Of a stretch of DNA of 64,000 nucleotides, positions 40,030 through 51,956 are shown in pieces. The DNA comes from Callorhinchus milii. Taxonomy: Eukaryota. The stretch lies in contig NW_024704743.1 of NCBI RefSeq assembly GCF_018977255.1, positions 4,280,001 through 4,344,000 on the forward strand, in the 5' to 3' direction. Made by a program: the position numbers and the translations under genes. Every line of letters starts with the position of its first letter. Within the stretch, counting starts at the first letter, position 1. The notes beneath the pieces were generated by a model. The model was not told where the DNA came from. It was given only the letters and a program-made list of their open reading frames with translations, and made no database searches.

Positions 40030-40230
40030 GCAAAATACTGCAGATGTTGGAAATCTGAAATAAAAATAGAAATTGCTGAGAACACTCAGCAGATCACGCA
40101 GCATCTATGGAGAAAGGAAAGTGAGTTAAGGTTTCAGTTCATCGACCTGAAACATTAACTCACTTTCCTCTCTCCATAGATGCCGCTTGACCTGCTGAGT
40201 GATTCACCCAGTGATTTCTGTTTTTATTTA
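40030..40230. mobile_element. Palindromic (fold-back) Penelope-like terminal repeat; related copy at 47340-47540
   Basis: AAAATACTGCAGATGTTGGAAATCTGAAATAAAA...CATCTATGGAGAAAGGAAAGTGAGTTAA/TTAACTCACTTTCCTCTCTCCATAGATG inverted arms. Confidence 0.65.
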
Positions 40231-43200
40231 ATGATGAGGCTGTTAGTCTCAGAAAAAAACAGTTGACAGTTGAAATTATCAGGAAAATGAAGATCCAGCT
40301 TCAAATCAGATATCAGCCTCTTCTGTTTTTCTGTTGAGCCTTTTCTGCAAGATCCCATAGTGGAGTTGATATACCTCATAGCTGAGACATCTTAGCTTCA
40401 CCTGACACAAGGTTATTAAAGGCTGCGGGAGTCCATAATTCCACATGGCTTCATCCTAACGCAATGAACATTCAAAGCCTCAGAGAGAGCAAGGCAAAGA
40501 CCAAGAGACTGACCGAAGAAACTCTCTCCATATTATCAGCTGAAGAGTCACAGAAAGAGAATCAGTGAGACTTACCTTCTGACACACTCTATGTGTGGTC
40601 ATTGACTGCCGCTCGAGAACCAAGCCCCAATCTCTGTCCTCCATTTTACTTTTCTCAATTTTCACTCATTTTTTTACTTTGTTTCTTCCCTTTGTTTTCT
40701 TGTTTTTCCTTCCTTCTCAATTTTTTAATTGTTTCGGATAATTTGAATCATCCTTCAGAAGCTTCTTAACGTCAAGCGTACTGACCCAGCTCCTCTCTTC
40801 CCTCACTGGATACTGGCCTGCTTCATGTCCCCCGCTCTATCTGATAGCTCCACCTTTGGTGGGTGGGATTTCAGCCATTTTCCCCTCGCTCTCTTGAATG
40901 CCATCCTGGAATCTCTCCAATTCATTCCCCCCCACCTCCCATCCCCGGTTCAAGGTACATCTAAAACTTATCTTTTTGACTGGGATTTCAGACATCTTTT
41001 CTCTCCCTCACCCCCTTGACTCACCTCCATCCAACATTGTTAAGCTCTTTCAGACATTCTCCCAATGTCAAAGGCGCTATATAAATGTAAATTGTATTTA
41101 AGTAAAACCATCTGCTCAAAAATAGCATTCTATTAACCATGAAATATGACCAGTATCCATGACTTACTTCTCTCTCCATCTTCAAGTACAGTGATATACT
41201 TCACCAGTAGATGACTCTGTATTACTGTATTTCACTCCTCTTATTAGGCCAGATATTTAGATCTTCCCAATTTATAAAAAAATCACAAACATCAGACAAG
41301 CTAGCATTTACTAACTGCTTTTATTGTTGTGGTTTTTGTGCATTAAAGTGGTGTACAAGTTTCCATTTAATGGACATGAAAAGACAGAAATACTGGACCA
41401 CCCCATATTAACATTGGTTTCTGAATTTGTAGTAATGCTGAGACGAATGCTAACCACACTAAATGCCAATTTGACACAATAGGCCATTACACAACTCAAT
41501 TCTTGCTGAAGTTAGTAACCGCAGCAATATATGTCCCAAAGCATTTACTTCAGCTTCTAAATGCAATTGTGAAGAAAATATTTTTAGCATCAATTGGTCA
41601 ATTTCGTAAGCTCCATATTTAAAAACAATTCCCCTGCAATCTGCTCTCCTTCTGTGTCCTGAAACAACGGCCTTATGTTGGGGGTGCCAGGTGCTAGGGC
41701 TACAGGTGACCCTCCATTCTCATGTTTAAGTACATATCCTTCAAATCCGAGTACAGACATTAGAAGTCCCATTTTCCAGAACATTTATGCAAAAGATGTA
41801 GCTGAATTAGTATGTAAAATAAATCTGTGCTCTCGTGAACAAATAGCATACAATACAATTTACATATATATAACTCCTTTCACCTTGGGAAGATGTTTCA
41901 AAGCGATTTCCAAAGCTGGATGATCTTACTTCCGTTTTTCAAGCATTTGCAAATATCTCGTGCAACACAACTAGATACACTACTGACCAATTAGAGGGGC
42001 TCTTCAGAACCAACTAAACACAGCGGAGGAAATTCATAAAATAATCCTGTCAATTGGCCAATTGATGCTAAGATTGTTTTGTGATAATTTTCTTGCAGAT
42101 GGTAAACACATAGCAATGGCTCTAGTGGGTAGGACCAGATCAGGCCTGGCAAGCAGAGACGTTAGGCACTGAGGAAAATATATTTTGGGCCAAGATCGCT
42201 ATCATTGTGCACAATGATATCTGGTTGTAAAAATCATAACATTGAGCTCTCGGCAGTTTCAAACACGGTCGGCAAAAATAAACAAACTAAGTCATTGTTG
42301 CTCAATAAGGTGTAGTTTTAACAGGGGGCCCCAAACTTCTTGTACAAAGTTTAAATAAGCCAATTAATATTGTTGCACACAAATATCTGCTCATGATTTT
42401 GTGGCAATTTCAATTTCACAAATAAGCAAGAAAGACAATTAGATACAAATTAAGCAGTTGAAAGCATTATTTTCTTATATGATTATACAAAAATCTAAAA
42501 AGCATTAATAAAACATTTATATGCCATCAACAATGAAGGTATATATCCACGAGTATAAAGTTGCAACATTTCTCATCAAGTAGGCAACATTCAGGGTGGC
42601 AAAGTCTCACTCTCAAAAGGGACCAAATGAATTGGCAAGGCACGATGCAACAGGTTTCAAAGATGAAACATGCACCGACTATAAGCAGTGTGAAAAGAAA
42701 CAGGAAGACACTCAAATGATAGTCAGATGTAATGTCGTATTGTCACCATAACTTGGGAGTATGCAGGTCAAAGTCAAAATATAAAAGGCATTTGAATGAT
42801 GAGTACAATTGTTCTGCTTGAAGTGTAAATTTCAGTTGTAGATTATTGAAGATTTTCCCCACCAAGGATTAAAAATAATTGCTTTCCAACAGATCAAGAA
42901 AACGCTGAGAAACAGGATAATAATAGTTCTTGAAGGTATGGCCATCAACGCTTATCTTGAGTAGATTACTGCCATCGTGGACTCCTTCAATGTGGTCACA
43001 AGTCCTTAGATCAATAAGATCCGCTGCCTCAGTATCTATTTGTTGAGGAAGTAGTTGCCTTGGTTTTGCCAACATAGTTGCCCCATCCCTAGATGCCACT
43101 AATTCTCTTGAAGTACCTGCCAGTTTTGGAGATCAACCTTCAACAATTTGCTTTCTTGAATATATTTGTCTGTCAAAGCCATGTTGACCCTTCAAATCAT

Positions 43201-45562
43201 ACATTTGAATTTGTCTGTGACACTGCCCTCTACGTATCCAACATCCTCCTATAAATATATATCTCCTCCCAAGCAAGTCTCGTTGCAATGGAAGGGTCTA
43301 TACAACTTTAGACAATTGCTAAGTACTTTTCAAATGAAACAATGAGAACAACAACAACAAATTACATTTGTAAAGTGTATTTCACGTCGGGAGGATGTCC
43401 CAAGGTGTTGGACAGTCAGGGATTTGGACCAGAGCTGGGGATTGGGATCAGGACAGGTGAAGGGCAAGGAGAAAGATGTACATCACACATGTCCTTTTTT
43501 TCCGATGACCACATATTTGCAGAAGTCTCTGTCTAAAGTTATGCCGTGCATGAAATACAATCAGTGCATTTTAAATCATAAACAATAGCTTGCACCCTTC
43601 ACGCAGAATAGCATCTCAGAGCACTACACTGTGGTGGAACTGCATGCTGAGCAAGGGAGAAGGTTTGACCTTAAGTGTTTGTAATCAGTGGAGGAAGAGA
43701 GAAGCTTGGCTGGGCTAGCTCCAAGGTAACATGTCTTGTCTTAATTGAATCGACCCTCTGTGGCAGTCTTAGTAATCCAACTTCTGAACCAGGCAAGTCC
43801 GCAAGCCACTACTGATGACAGACCAGCAAACCTGGCTCATTGATTGAACTTGGAGAAACAGGCAAGTGGGCAGTAATTCTTCCCACTCAAGTCCTCTTAA
43901 TTCTACAAGCTAAAACGTGGTCCTAGCTGGATAAGCAGTGGGGAGCTTACCAGACAGTGCTCGCAATGCCAAGCCACACGATTTTAGCTGGTTAAACCTC
44001 AACTGTATTCCAATGCACAATCTGGGATGCCCAAATCTTGGCTCTTGTCAACCTGTGCAAAATACTCTCTGAAATTAGCAAAACAGTGTGTGTCCCTCCA
44101 GAGAGGGAGAGAGAAACCATATTCTATTCCAGACACAGGTATCACATTATGTCAATTTCTGTCCTCCTTTAACATCCAATCATTCACTTTCCAGCAGGTT
44201 TAGAAATTGGAACCCTTGTTGAAGGGCAATAAGAACAAATGTAACATCACTGCAGGTGAGATAAGCTAACTCAGCCCAGGACACTGGTCAAATCTAGTTA
44301 ATTTCAAGTCTATATTATTCAATTTCACAATTGACAGTTGCTTCATGTTTTATGCTCCAAGTTGTGTTCAGGCTCATATACTTAGACTTCTCAAAGTGCA
44401 GAAGGGGCAATGTAGTACTTTGATCAACTTAGGACTTATTTCAAACACTGCTTTATTTTTGCATATTACATCAATATGTTAATAGATATGAGGTGTTACA
44501 TTTGGGAGAACAAGAGAAAATATATGTTAAATGGTAAACTAAAAGAAGTGGAACAGCTAAGGCACAAGGGATGAATGTACACACATGTTTAACGGTGGGA
44601 GAGCATATTGAAAAATAAATGAAATCCTGGTTACATAGATATTATGAAAGCAAAGGAATTATGCTAAACATCCATAAATCATTTGTAAGGCCACAGTTGG
44701 AATAATATGTCTACTTTGGACACTCCACTACAGCAATGATTTCAAGGCCAGAGACTCGAGGAAGTGGAGCTGTTTTTCATGAAACTGAGTGGGTTGACAG
44801 GAGATCTGATCAAGGTTTTGAAATTAATAGAATTTTTTAACAAAGTAAATAGAGAACAATTATTTCACCTGATTTCCACAAATGTAATGTAATTACCAAA
44901 ATGACAAAGGGAGAGATTAGTAGATTTAGGGGGTAATATTTCCTTAAAAAAAATTGATTACTCAATCCACGACTATTTGTGGGATTGCTGTGCAGAATTA
45001 GCTGCCGCGTTTCGCCCACAAAATATACAGTCAATTCACTTTACAGTATATTCTGTGAAGTGCTTTGAGACGTCTCAAAGATGTGAAAAGGCGCTATATC
45101 AAATGCAAGGATTATTATTTAGTTTTTTTTGTATGAGGGTTATTAGGACATGGTATACCCTACCTAGAATGGAGGTTGAAGCAGACTCCATATAAACTTT
45201 TTTAAGAGGGAATTAGATAAATATCTGAAAAGGAGAAATATAACAAGAGATGAAGAAAGAGCAGAAAAATGTGACTAAATGGATAGCTCCATGTACAATT
45301 GGTCAAATGACCTCCTTTTCTGTGGCAAATGTGTATGGTCCTACAGTTGATGCTACAAGCAAAGTGTAACAATTGTATTTTTGAATTGTAAATATGATTT
45401 AAGAGTTAATGTGAAACATAATGCACATTAATTATGTATTTTTATTGGTAACTATGTTCTATATAACTATAATCAAAGGCTTATATTTGGCCAACAGAAA
45501 ATGATATATAGCTTTTGCTAATGAATGATTTAAATACTGGTGCAACTCACAATCATACTTAC

Positions 45563-45634
45563 AGATATTCAGTCATTGTAAAGAAAATCCAGTTGTTTTT
45601 CCATATAAATGATATGTTATTATCTCGAAAATCC
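45563..45634 (-). CDS. LRRC37-like exon 2 (72-nt LRR)
   Basis: tttag|..(L)DFRDNNISFIWKNNWIFFTMTEYL|gtaagt, phase 2-2; similar to LRRC37 [25 protein letters not shown]. Confidence 0.9.
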
Positions 45635-47733
45635 CTAAAACAAATGGAAATAAAATATGTACTGTAAAACATTATATAGACTAAACATTAAGCATATAGA
45701 AACGATAGCTAAGATAGTCACCATCATAATTTTAAAAATGTCACATTATAATCTTAAAGCTATTATAGATATCTGAAAGAATATTTAATATTATAACTTG
45801 GCTTTAAAAAACTAAATTCTGATAAGTTCAATACAATTTCATATTTTTTAAGAAACCTTTTCAATATTTAAGATTTGTCTCCCAATCTTCCCCCATTCAC
45901 CCATCCTTCTCTGAAAGTCATCATAACTTATGCTGGGATACAGTTCTGTACCTGCTGGAAATCATTCAGATTGTGCCAAAGTAGTCTTTATATTTGAGAC
46001 CAGTCAATGAGTAATTATAGTATCAAGCTGTTCCGGTCATTAATTACCCTTTGAGTAAAGAAAACAACCCGGTATCTGGCCTGAAATTGTCCTTTACTAC
46101 TCTAAACCCATGTCCTCTTGTTTTACAGTCTTATTGCATTCCAAAGTATTGATCAGGATTTACTTTTTCAATCCCATTTAAAATGTTTATCCCTCAATGC
46201 ATTGTCTTCTCTCAAGAGCCCTAGTTTTATCTTATCAGTAAAGCATAGGAAGTCTGCTAGTTAGATCCAGGACCCAGTGTACCACACTTCTGGTTAACAA
46301 GGCAGCTCTAAATTGAAGGATGCCGTGCCACAACAGGGTTCCCCTTTACCAACTTGTAAGTCAAGCTGTGTAGTGACAGAAGATGTTTCTGGCTTCAGAC
46401 ATCAACCTGTCCGCTCCCTCTATTTGGCTATCCTCTCTGCCCTCCACCCTCCCCAATCCCAAACCCCTACCACCCCCCAGCTCGGATCCTAATGGCCCTG
46501 ACTGTTCAACGTTGGGACGTCCTCCCGACATGAAAGGCTCTTTACAAATGTAATTTTGTATTGTATTGTATCATCACCTTCTAAGGTAAAGTCAAACATC
46601 CACCTACAACTACAATTTCAGTAAATTCTGTGAAGCTCTTTGAGACAACTTCTTGACATGAAATGCAACTACCATTAATGATCACTTTACTCAAAGGCTC
46701 CTCTTGCAGCCAAGAAAAATTTTGAGGTGACAAGTTGAGCACCAGAAGATGATCATCCTCAATGAGTGACAGATCAAAAGGAAAAGCATCATAAGGTCAA
46801 TGCTGTCATTCTGTCAGGACAGCAGTGGTCCTGGAGTTGAGGGTAGAAGCGGAGAAATAGAGTTGGGTGTCATCCGCATACAAGTGAAATTGTATTTCTT
46901 ACAATACAAATTTACATTTTTATAACGCCTTTTACGTTAGGAGACCCTTGACAATTCTAGCATGGTACCCGAGCTGGGGGGGGGCAGGTTGGGGAGAGGT
47001 GGGGTGGAAACACGACCAAAGGGTTGTTCATTGGTTGGGGAGTTTTGACCTGTCCCCGATTTCCGGTCCAGGTTGAGGTATTGTGTCCCTGATCAAATCT
47101 GCCCTGTCTTGAGTTCAGTAATTTTCTGGGTTATGGGGCAAGTGGGGTGGAGTGGGTTTAGCTATATAAATGCAAGTTGTTGTCGTTCATGTTTTCATGT
47201 TTCAAATTGGCTGAGCGCAATCGGCTGCTGTGTTTCACCCAGAGTACACAGTCACTGCACTTTACGGTATATTCCGTGAAGCGCTTTGAGACGTCTCGAA
47301 GACGTGATGAGGCTCTGTATCAAATTGCAAGGATTACTATCAGGTCAGGCAGGATCGATCTATGGAGAAAACGAGTCAACGTTTCGGGTCCACAAACTCT
47401 CCTGACGAAGAGTCGAGGACCCGAAACGTTGACTCGCTTTCCTTTCTCCATAGACGCTGCCTGACCGGCGAGTGTCCCCCAGCCACTTTTTTTTGTTTTC
47501 GTTCCAGATTTCCAGCATCTGCAGTATTTTGCGTTTTGCAAAGATTATTATTATACATTGTATTACATATATATATATATGTGCCAGGATTTGGTTTACA
47601 AGATAATACAGTCACCATTTGTGGGAGAGTGGGGGGGAAACAGATCTATTAATACTTATACGTATACACACACACACACACATATATGCATAGCCATGTA
47701 CACGCGCGTGCGTAAAAGGCAACGCAAACGTAC

Positions 47734-48119
47734 AACACAGTGAAGGCCGTCAACACGTTGCCCAGCATGGTGCCCCTGGGTCCCTCGGGGATGCGGGTCA
47801 GCATCGCGGAGCCCGTGGCGTTGGACTGCGTGTCGTTGCGCTGCGACTTGCCGTGCTGCTTGCTCGGGGGCGGCTGGCCGGCCCCGGCCCCGGCCCGGTC
47901 CCCCTTGCTGTCGTGCACGTGCGAGCCCAGCGGCTTCTCGGGGTGGCACGACAGGATGTTGATGTAGCAGCGGCACACGGCCGGGCAGGCGGCCGGCGTC
48001 GAGTTGCTCTGGTGCAGCACCACGAACGTCTTCTTGGCCTCGCCGCCCGAGGCGGCCAGCAGGCAGGCCAGGAGCCAGGCGGCCGCGACGGATCCCCTCC
48101 TCATGGTCGCCGTCACCAT
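47734..48119 (-). CDS. LRRC37-like protein exon 1: signal peptide plus LRRNT cap
   Basis: MVTATMRRGSVAAAWLLACLLAASGGEA (signal-like), then CPAVCRCYINILSC...LTRIP...FTVL, resembling the LRRC37 LRRNT (CELCTC...LSC...LRQVP...FTTL). Two in-frame ATGs in good Kozak context (48119, 48104). Phase-2 donor TT|gtacgt. Lies in a CpG island. Confidence 0.85.
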
Positions 48120-48199
48120 CGCCCTCCTCCGCTCATGGCCTCCCGGCCCGGCCGACCCCACCCCCCACCACACCCCACTCCCTCACCTCCCCCCTCACC

Positions 48200-49050
48200 T
48201 CACCTCCCCCTCCCCTCTCTGAGGTGACCAAATCCCTCCTCCTTCTCTCCCTCCTCTCTTCCCCCCCCCCCACCACCACCACAACCCCACCACCCGCGAC
48301 TGAAACAAAAATGGCGGTGGTGGTGGCGGTGGTGATGGTTCGGGGGCGGGTGGGCCTTTGGAAGATATTTTTCGTCGTCGCTGACTGAGCTAAAGGGGGT
48401 GGGGGGGGGTGGAGAAAAAAAAAGGGGGGACGAGGACGACGCTGAGGTGCAGTGCAGTGAAGATGAGGTGAGGCGGGGGGGGGGGAAGAGGGTGGGGCCG
48501 GGAGAGGAGGAAGGGGTGGGGAGGGGTGGGGTTTTTTTTTGGGGACACGGCCGCAAAAAAAAATGTCCGCCGCGCGCGTGTGTGCGCGAGGCCGGGCCGC
48601 GCGAGCGATTGCCGTTGCCCCGAGTGACTGACGTGGACAAAGGGGGCGCGGCCGCCGTCACACGCGGTCCGCGTGGGTAAAACTGACGCCCCGCCCCGGC
48701 CGCTGGCGCGTGGCTCCCTCCCTCCCTCCCCCACAATCCAGCGGGCGGCCGGAGTGAGCCTGTGACGCGTGGCGCTGGGAGAACGGGTGGGTGCGTGCGT
48801 GCGTGCGTCATCGCGACAAAGGGAGACAGAAAGTGTGGGTGGGGGGAAGGGAGAAGCCCCGCCCCACCAGGCCCCGTCCCGCGCGCGTCGTCGCAACAAA
48901 GGGAGAAGGTAGGGAGAAGCCACGCCCCACGCCCCCAGTCCCGCCTCCAGCCCCGCCCCAGACCCTAGTCCCGCCCCCAAGCCCTGGTCCCGCCCCAGCC
49001 CTTAGCCCCGCCCCCAGCCCTCCCCCTAGCCCCGCCTCCACCCTCACCCT
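48200..49050 (-). promoter_or_regulatory. CpG-island promoter of the LRRC37-like gene with a GC-box cluster
   Basis: High CpG density; repeated CCCCGCCCC/CCACGCCCC (Sp/KLF-type) motifs at about 48855-49040 upstream of the exon-1 ATG. Confidence 0.6.
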
Positions 49051-50454
49051 GACTTGTTTTATCATTTGACATCTGACAGGGGCCTGAGTGGGTTCCATTC
49101 CCCCCCCACCCCCCCCCCCCCCCCCCGGGCACTTTTCGGTCAGCGGAAGCACAGCGTAATTTGTTCGGGTTCACCCCCCCCTCGCGTCCGACAGAGACGT
49201 GCGGAAACCCTTCACCACATCTAAGAGTTCCGTGCATCCCAACAACAACACCAAGATTACACTTGTGCGGCGCCCTTTCACGTCGGGGGGGACGTCCCAA
49301 GGCGCTGGACAGAGTGCAGCATTTCAGACCCGAGCTGGGGTTGGGTGGTGGTGGTGGGGTGGGGTGGGAAAGGGTGTGGCCGATGGTATGGTCGAAGACC
49401 TGCACGTGGAAATTCCAGAGATAGATTGCCGGAATGGAATGCGCACGCTCTCCTTGGAGGACGGGTCCTGCTTACCTAATTCCGGTGAGTATTAGGTGCT
49501 GGCTGGCAAGAGCCAAGGCTTGGGGACCCCAGAGTCTGCGGTGGGGTAACTACTGGAGTCTAACCAGTTAAAACCACGTAGCTTGCCATTCAGAGCACTG
49601 TCTGGCAAGCTTTCCCGCTGCTTGTCCTGCTAGGACTACACTACCATTGGGGCTTTGGCAGGCAGGGGTAACAGGAGCTGAGTGTGAAGAGTCCTTGCCC
49701 CCAGTGCCTGGCCTGGCCTTCCATGTCTAGCCATCAGCAGTTCCTTAGAATTCTGCGGACCCACCTGGCTCAGGAAATGGAATATCGAGACCACCAAACG
49801 TTTGGCTCCTTAGAGCCAGTTCACCTGCAAGGAGACCCCTCTTACCTCCTCCCAAGGAGGTGGGCATTGGCAGAACTGAGGGAAAGTCACTTGACCCAAG
49901 GAGCAAAGATTGAAAAGGGATAATGTCCTTAATTGGGATGGGAGGGAGTTTCTATGACGTACTTGCCGACGATTAACGTCACGTAAAGAATGAGCGAGAA
50001 GTAATAATAATCCTTGCATTTTGATACAAGAGCTTTATCGCGTCTTCGAGATATCTCAAAGTGCTCCACGGAAGAATATACTGTCAAGCCTTGTGGAAAG
50101 TGGCGTGACCGCAAATAGAGAAGTGAGCTGGTCCGCGGTGATTAAAAAAAAATCGTCTTTACATCAGCACGTGTTTTTGTTTTTTTGCAGAACAAAAAGC
50201 CCAATGTAGTGAGTTGCTGCGGCACATGGCAGCGCGGCGGAGCGGGAGCGCTGTGCCCGGGAGGCGGCGGGCGGGCGGGCGGGCCGGGTTGTGACGCGCG
50301 AGGGACCGCGTGCAAGTGGTCACGCGGATAGGTTGGCTGGTGGGCTGGACACAGACACAGAGTGAGAGTGAGTGAGTGAGTGAGAGGGAGGGGGGAAGGA
50401 GGGAGGGAGGGGGTGGGGTCAGCGTGGGAACCATGAAAGGGGTCAGAGGGGTCG

Positions 50455-50880
50455 GCAAAGCGGTGACGTCACAAAGAGAGCGGCGCAGCCGCTGTTGGTG
50501 CAAACGACCGAAGGGGGGGGGGGCAGTGAATGAGCGGTGACGTCACAAAGAGCGCGCGCAGCCGCTGTTGGTGCAAACGACCGAAGAGGGGGAAGTGAAT
50601 GAGCGATGACGTCACAAAGAGAGCGGCGCAGGCGCTGATGCTGCAAACGACCGAAGGGGGTGGGGGGCAGTGAATGAGCGGTGACGTCACAAACAGAGCG
50701 GCGCAGCCGCTGTTGGTGCAAACGACCGAAGGGGGGGTGGGGGCAGTGAATGAGCGGTGACGTCACAAACAGAGCGGCGCAGCCGCTGTTGGTGCAAACG
50801 ACCGAAGGGGGGGTGGGGGCAGTGAATGAGCGGTGACGTCACAGAGAGAGCGGCGCAGGCGCTGATGGTGCAAACGATCA
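50455..50880. repeat. About 75-bp minisatellite, 6 copies, each with a perfect CRE (TGACGTCA)
   Basis: Unit GCGGTGACGTCACAAAnAGAGCGGCGCAGCCGCTGTTGGTGCAAACGACCGAAG(G)nCAGTGAATGA; CREs start at 50464, 50538, 50607, 50682, 50758, 50834. Confidence 0.95.
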
Positions 50881-51309
50881 AAGGCGCCACCGTCCATTGT
50901 TCAACTCGCGACACGGCGTTCCAAACGTTGTTGCGGCTCAGCCTGGCCCGCGGGCCGCGCTCACTGACTGATTGGTTGGTTGGTTGATTGATTGGCAGCT
51001 GCGGGGTCAGGGTCGGGGGTGGAGGGGTCGAGGGGCGCGGCCTCTGCCGAGTGCAAACTCGGCACATCCACAAAAGCAAAAGGGGACTCTACTCCTCTCT
51101 CTCTGCAAAGCGAACGCGTCAAAATGCAGCAGCGTTTTATTGTGGAGGGAAACGTGGCTTTTTCTCTCTCTCTCTCTCTGTCACTCACTCACTCCGATTC
51201 TCTCCTCACACACACACACTGCGGTGTCTCTTAACTTTCTTCCCTCTCACTCTGTGACGCACTGGGAAACTCTGCCCTCTCACTGTGTGACTCTGTGAGA
51301 GACTGATAC

Positions 51310-51745
51310 ACTCTCTCTCTCTCTCTGTCTGTGTGGGGGTGTGTCTCTCTGTGTGTGGGGGTGTGTCTCTCTGTGTGTGGGGGTGTGTCTCTCTGTGTGT
51401 GTGGGGGTGTGTCTCTGTGTGTGGGGGTGTCTCTGTGTGTGTGGGGTGTCTCTGTGTGTGGGGGTGTCTCTGTGTGTGTGGGGGTGTCTCTCTCTGTGTG
51501 TGGGTGTGTCTCTCTCTCTGTGTGTGGGGGGGTCTCTCTCTGTGTGTGGGGGTGTCTCTCTCTGTGTGTGGGTGTGTCTCTCTCTGTGTGTGGGGGTGTG
51601 TCTCTCTGTGTGTGGGGGTGTGTCTCTCTCTGTGTGTGTGGGGGTGTCTCTCTCTGTGTGTGTGGGGGTGTGTCTCTCTCTGTGTGTGGGGGTGTGTCTC
51701 TCTCTGTGTGTGGGGGTGTGTCTCTCTGTGTGTGGGGGTGTCCCC
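51310..51745. repeat. Compound GGGGGTGTGTCTCTCTGTGTGT minisatellite just upstream of the IDI1 promoter
   Basis: About 20-24 bp units. Confidence 0.95.
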
Positions 51746-51753
51746 CCCCGGTC

Positions 51754-51860
51754 CTGGTGTGATGGGGCTGAGGCAGAGCCGCGGCGCTGATTGGCTGTGT
51801 GATCGGAAGGTGACGCGCGGTGGGGCGGGTCCGGCGGCAGCTGTGAGCTGATTGGCTGAG
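51754..51860 (+). promoter_or_regulatory. IDI1: IDI1 proximal promoter: SRE-like site, two inverted CCAAT (NF-Y) boxes and a GC box
   Basis: CTGGTGTGAT at 51754-51763 (reverse complement ATCACACCAG, SRE-like), CTGATTGGCT at about 51787 and 51848, TGGGGCGGG at 51821. Confidence 0.7.
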
Positions 51861-51873
51861 GCGGTATGTAACC

Positions 51874-51956
51874 ATGTTGCGGCACCTGGTGCTGAGGAGC
51901 GGCTCCGCACTGCGGCCCCGACCCCATCCCGCACCGCGACCCCGACCCCGCACAGG
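51874..51956 (+). CDS. IDI1: Isopentenyl-diphosphate delta-isomerase 1, exon 1 (Arg-rich N-terminal extension)
   Basis: accATG, MLRHLVLRSGSALRPRPHPAPRPRPRT(G), donor GG|gtaagt; phase 2 joins exon 2 in frame. Confidence 0.7.

Noticed and set aside
50455..50880. CRISPR-like appearance of regularly spaced repeats
   Set aside because: Whole units repeat with no unique spacers, there are no cas genes, and the context is eukaryotic
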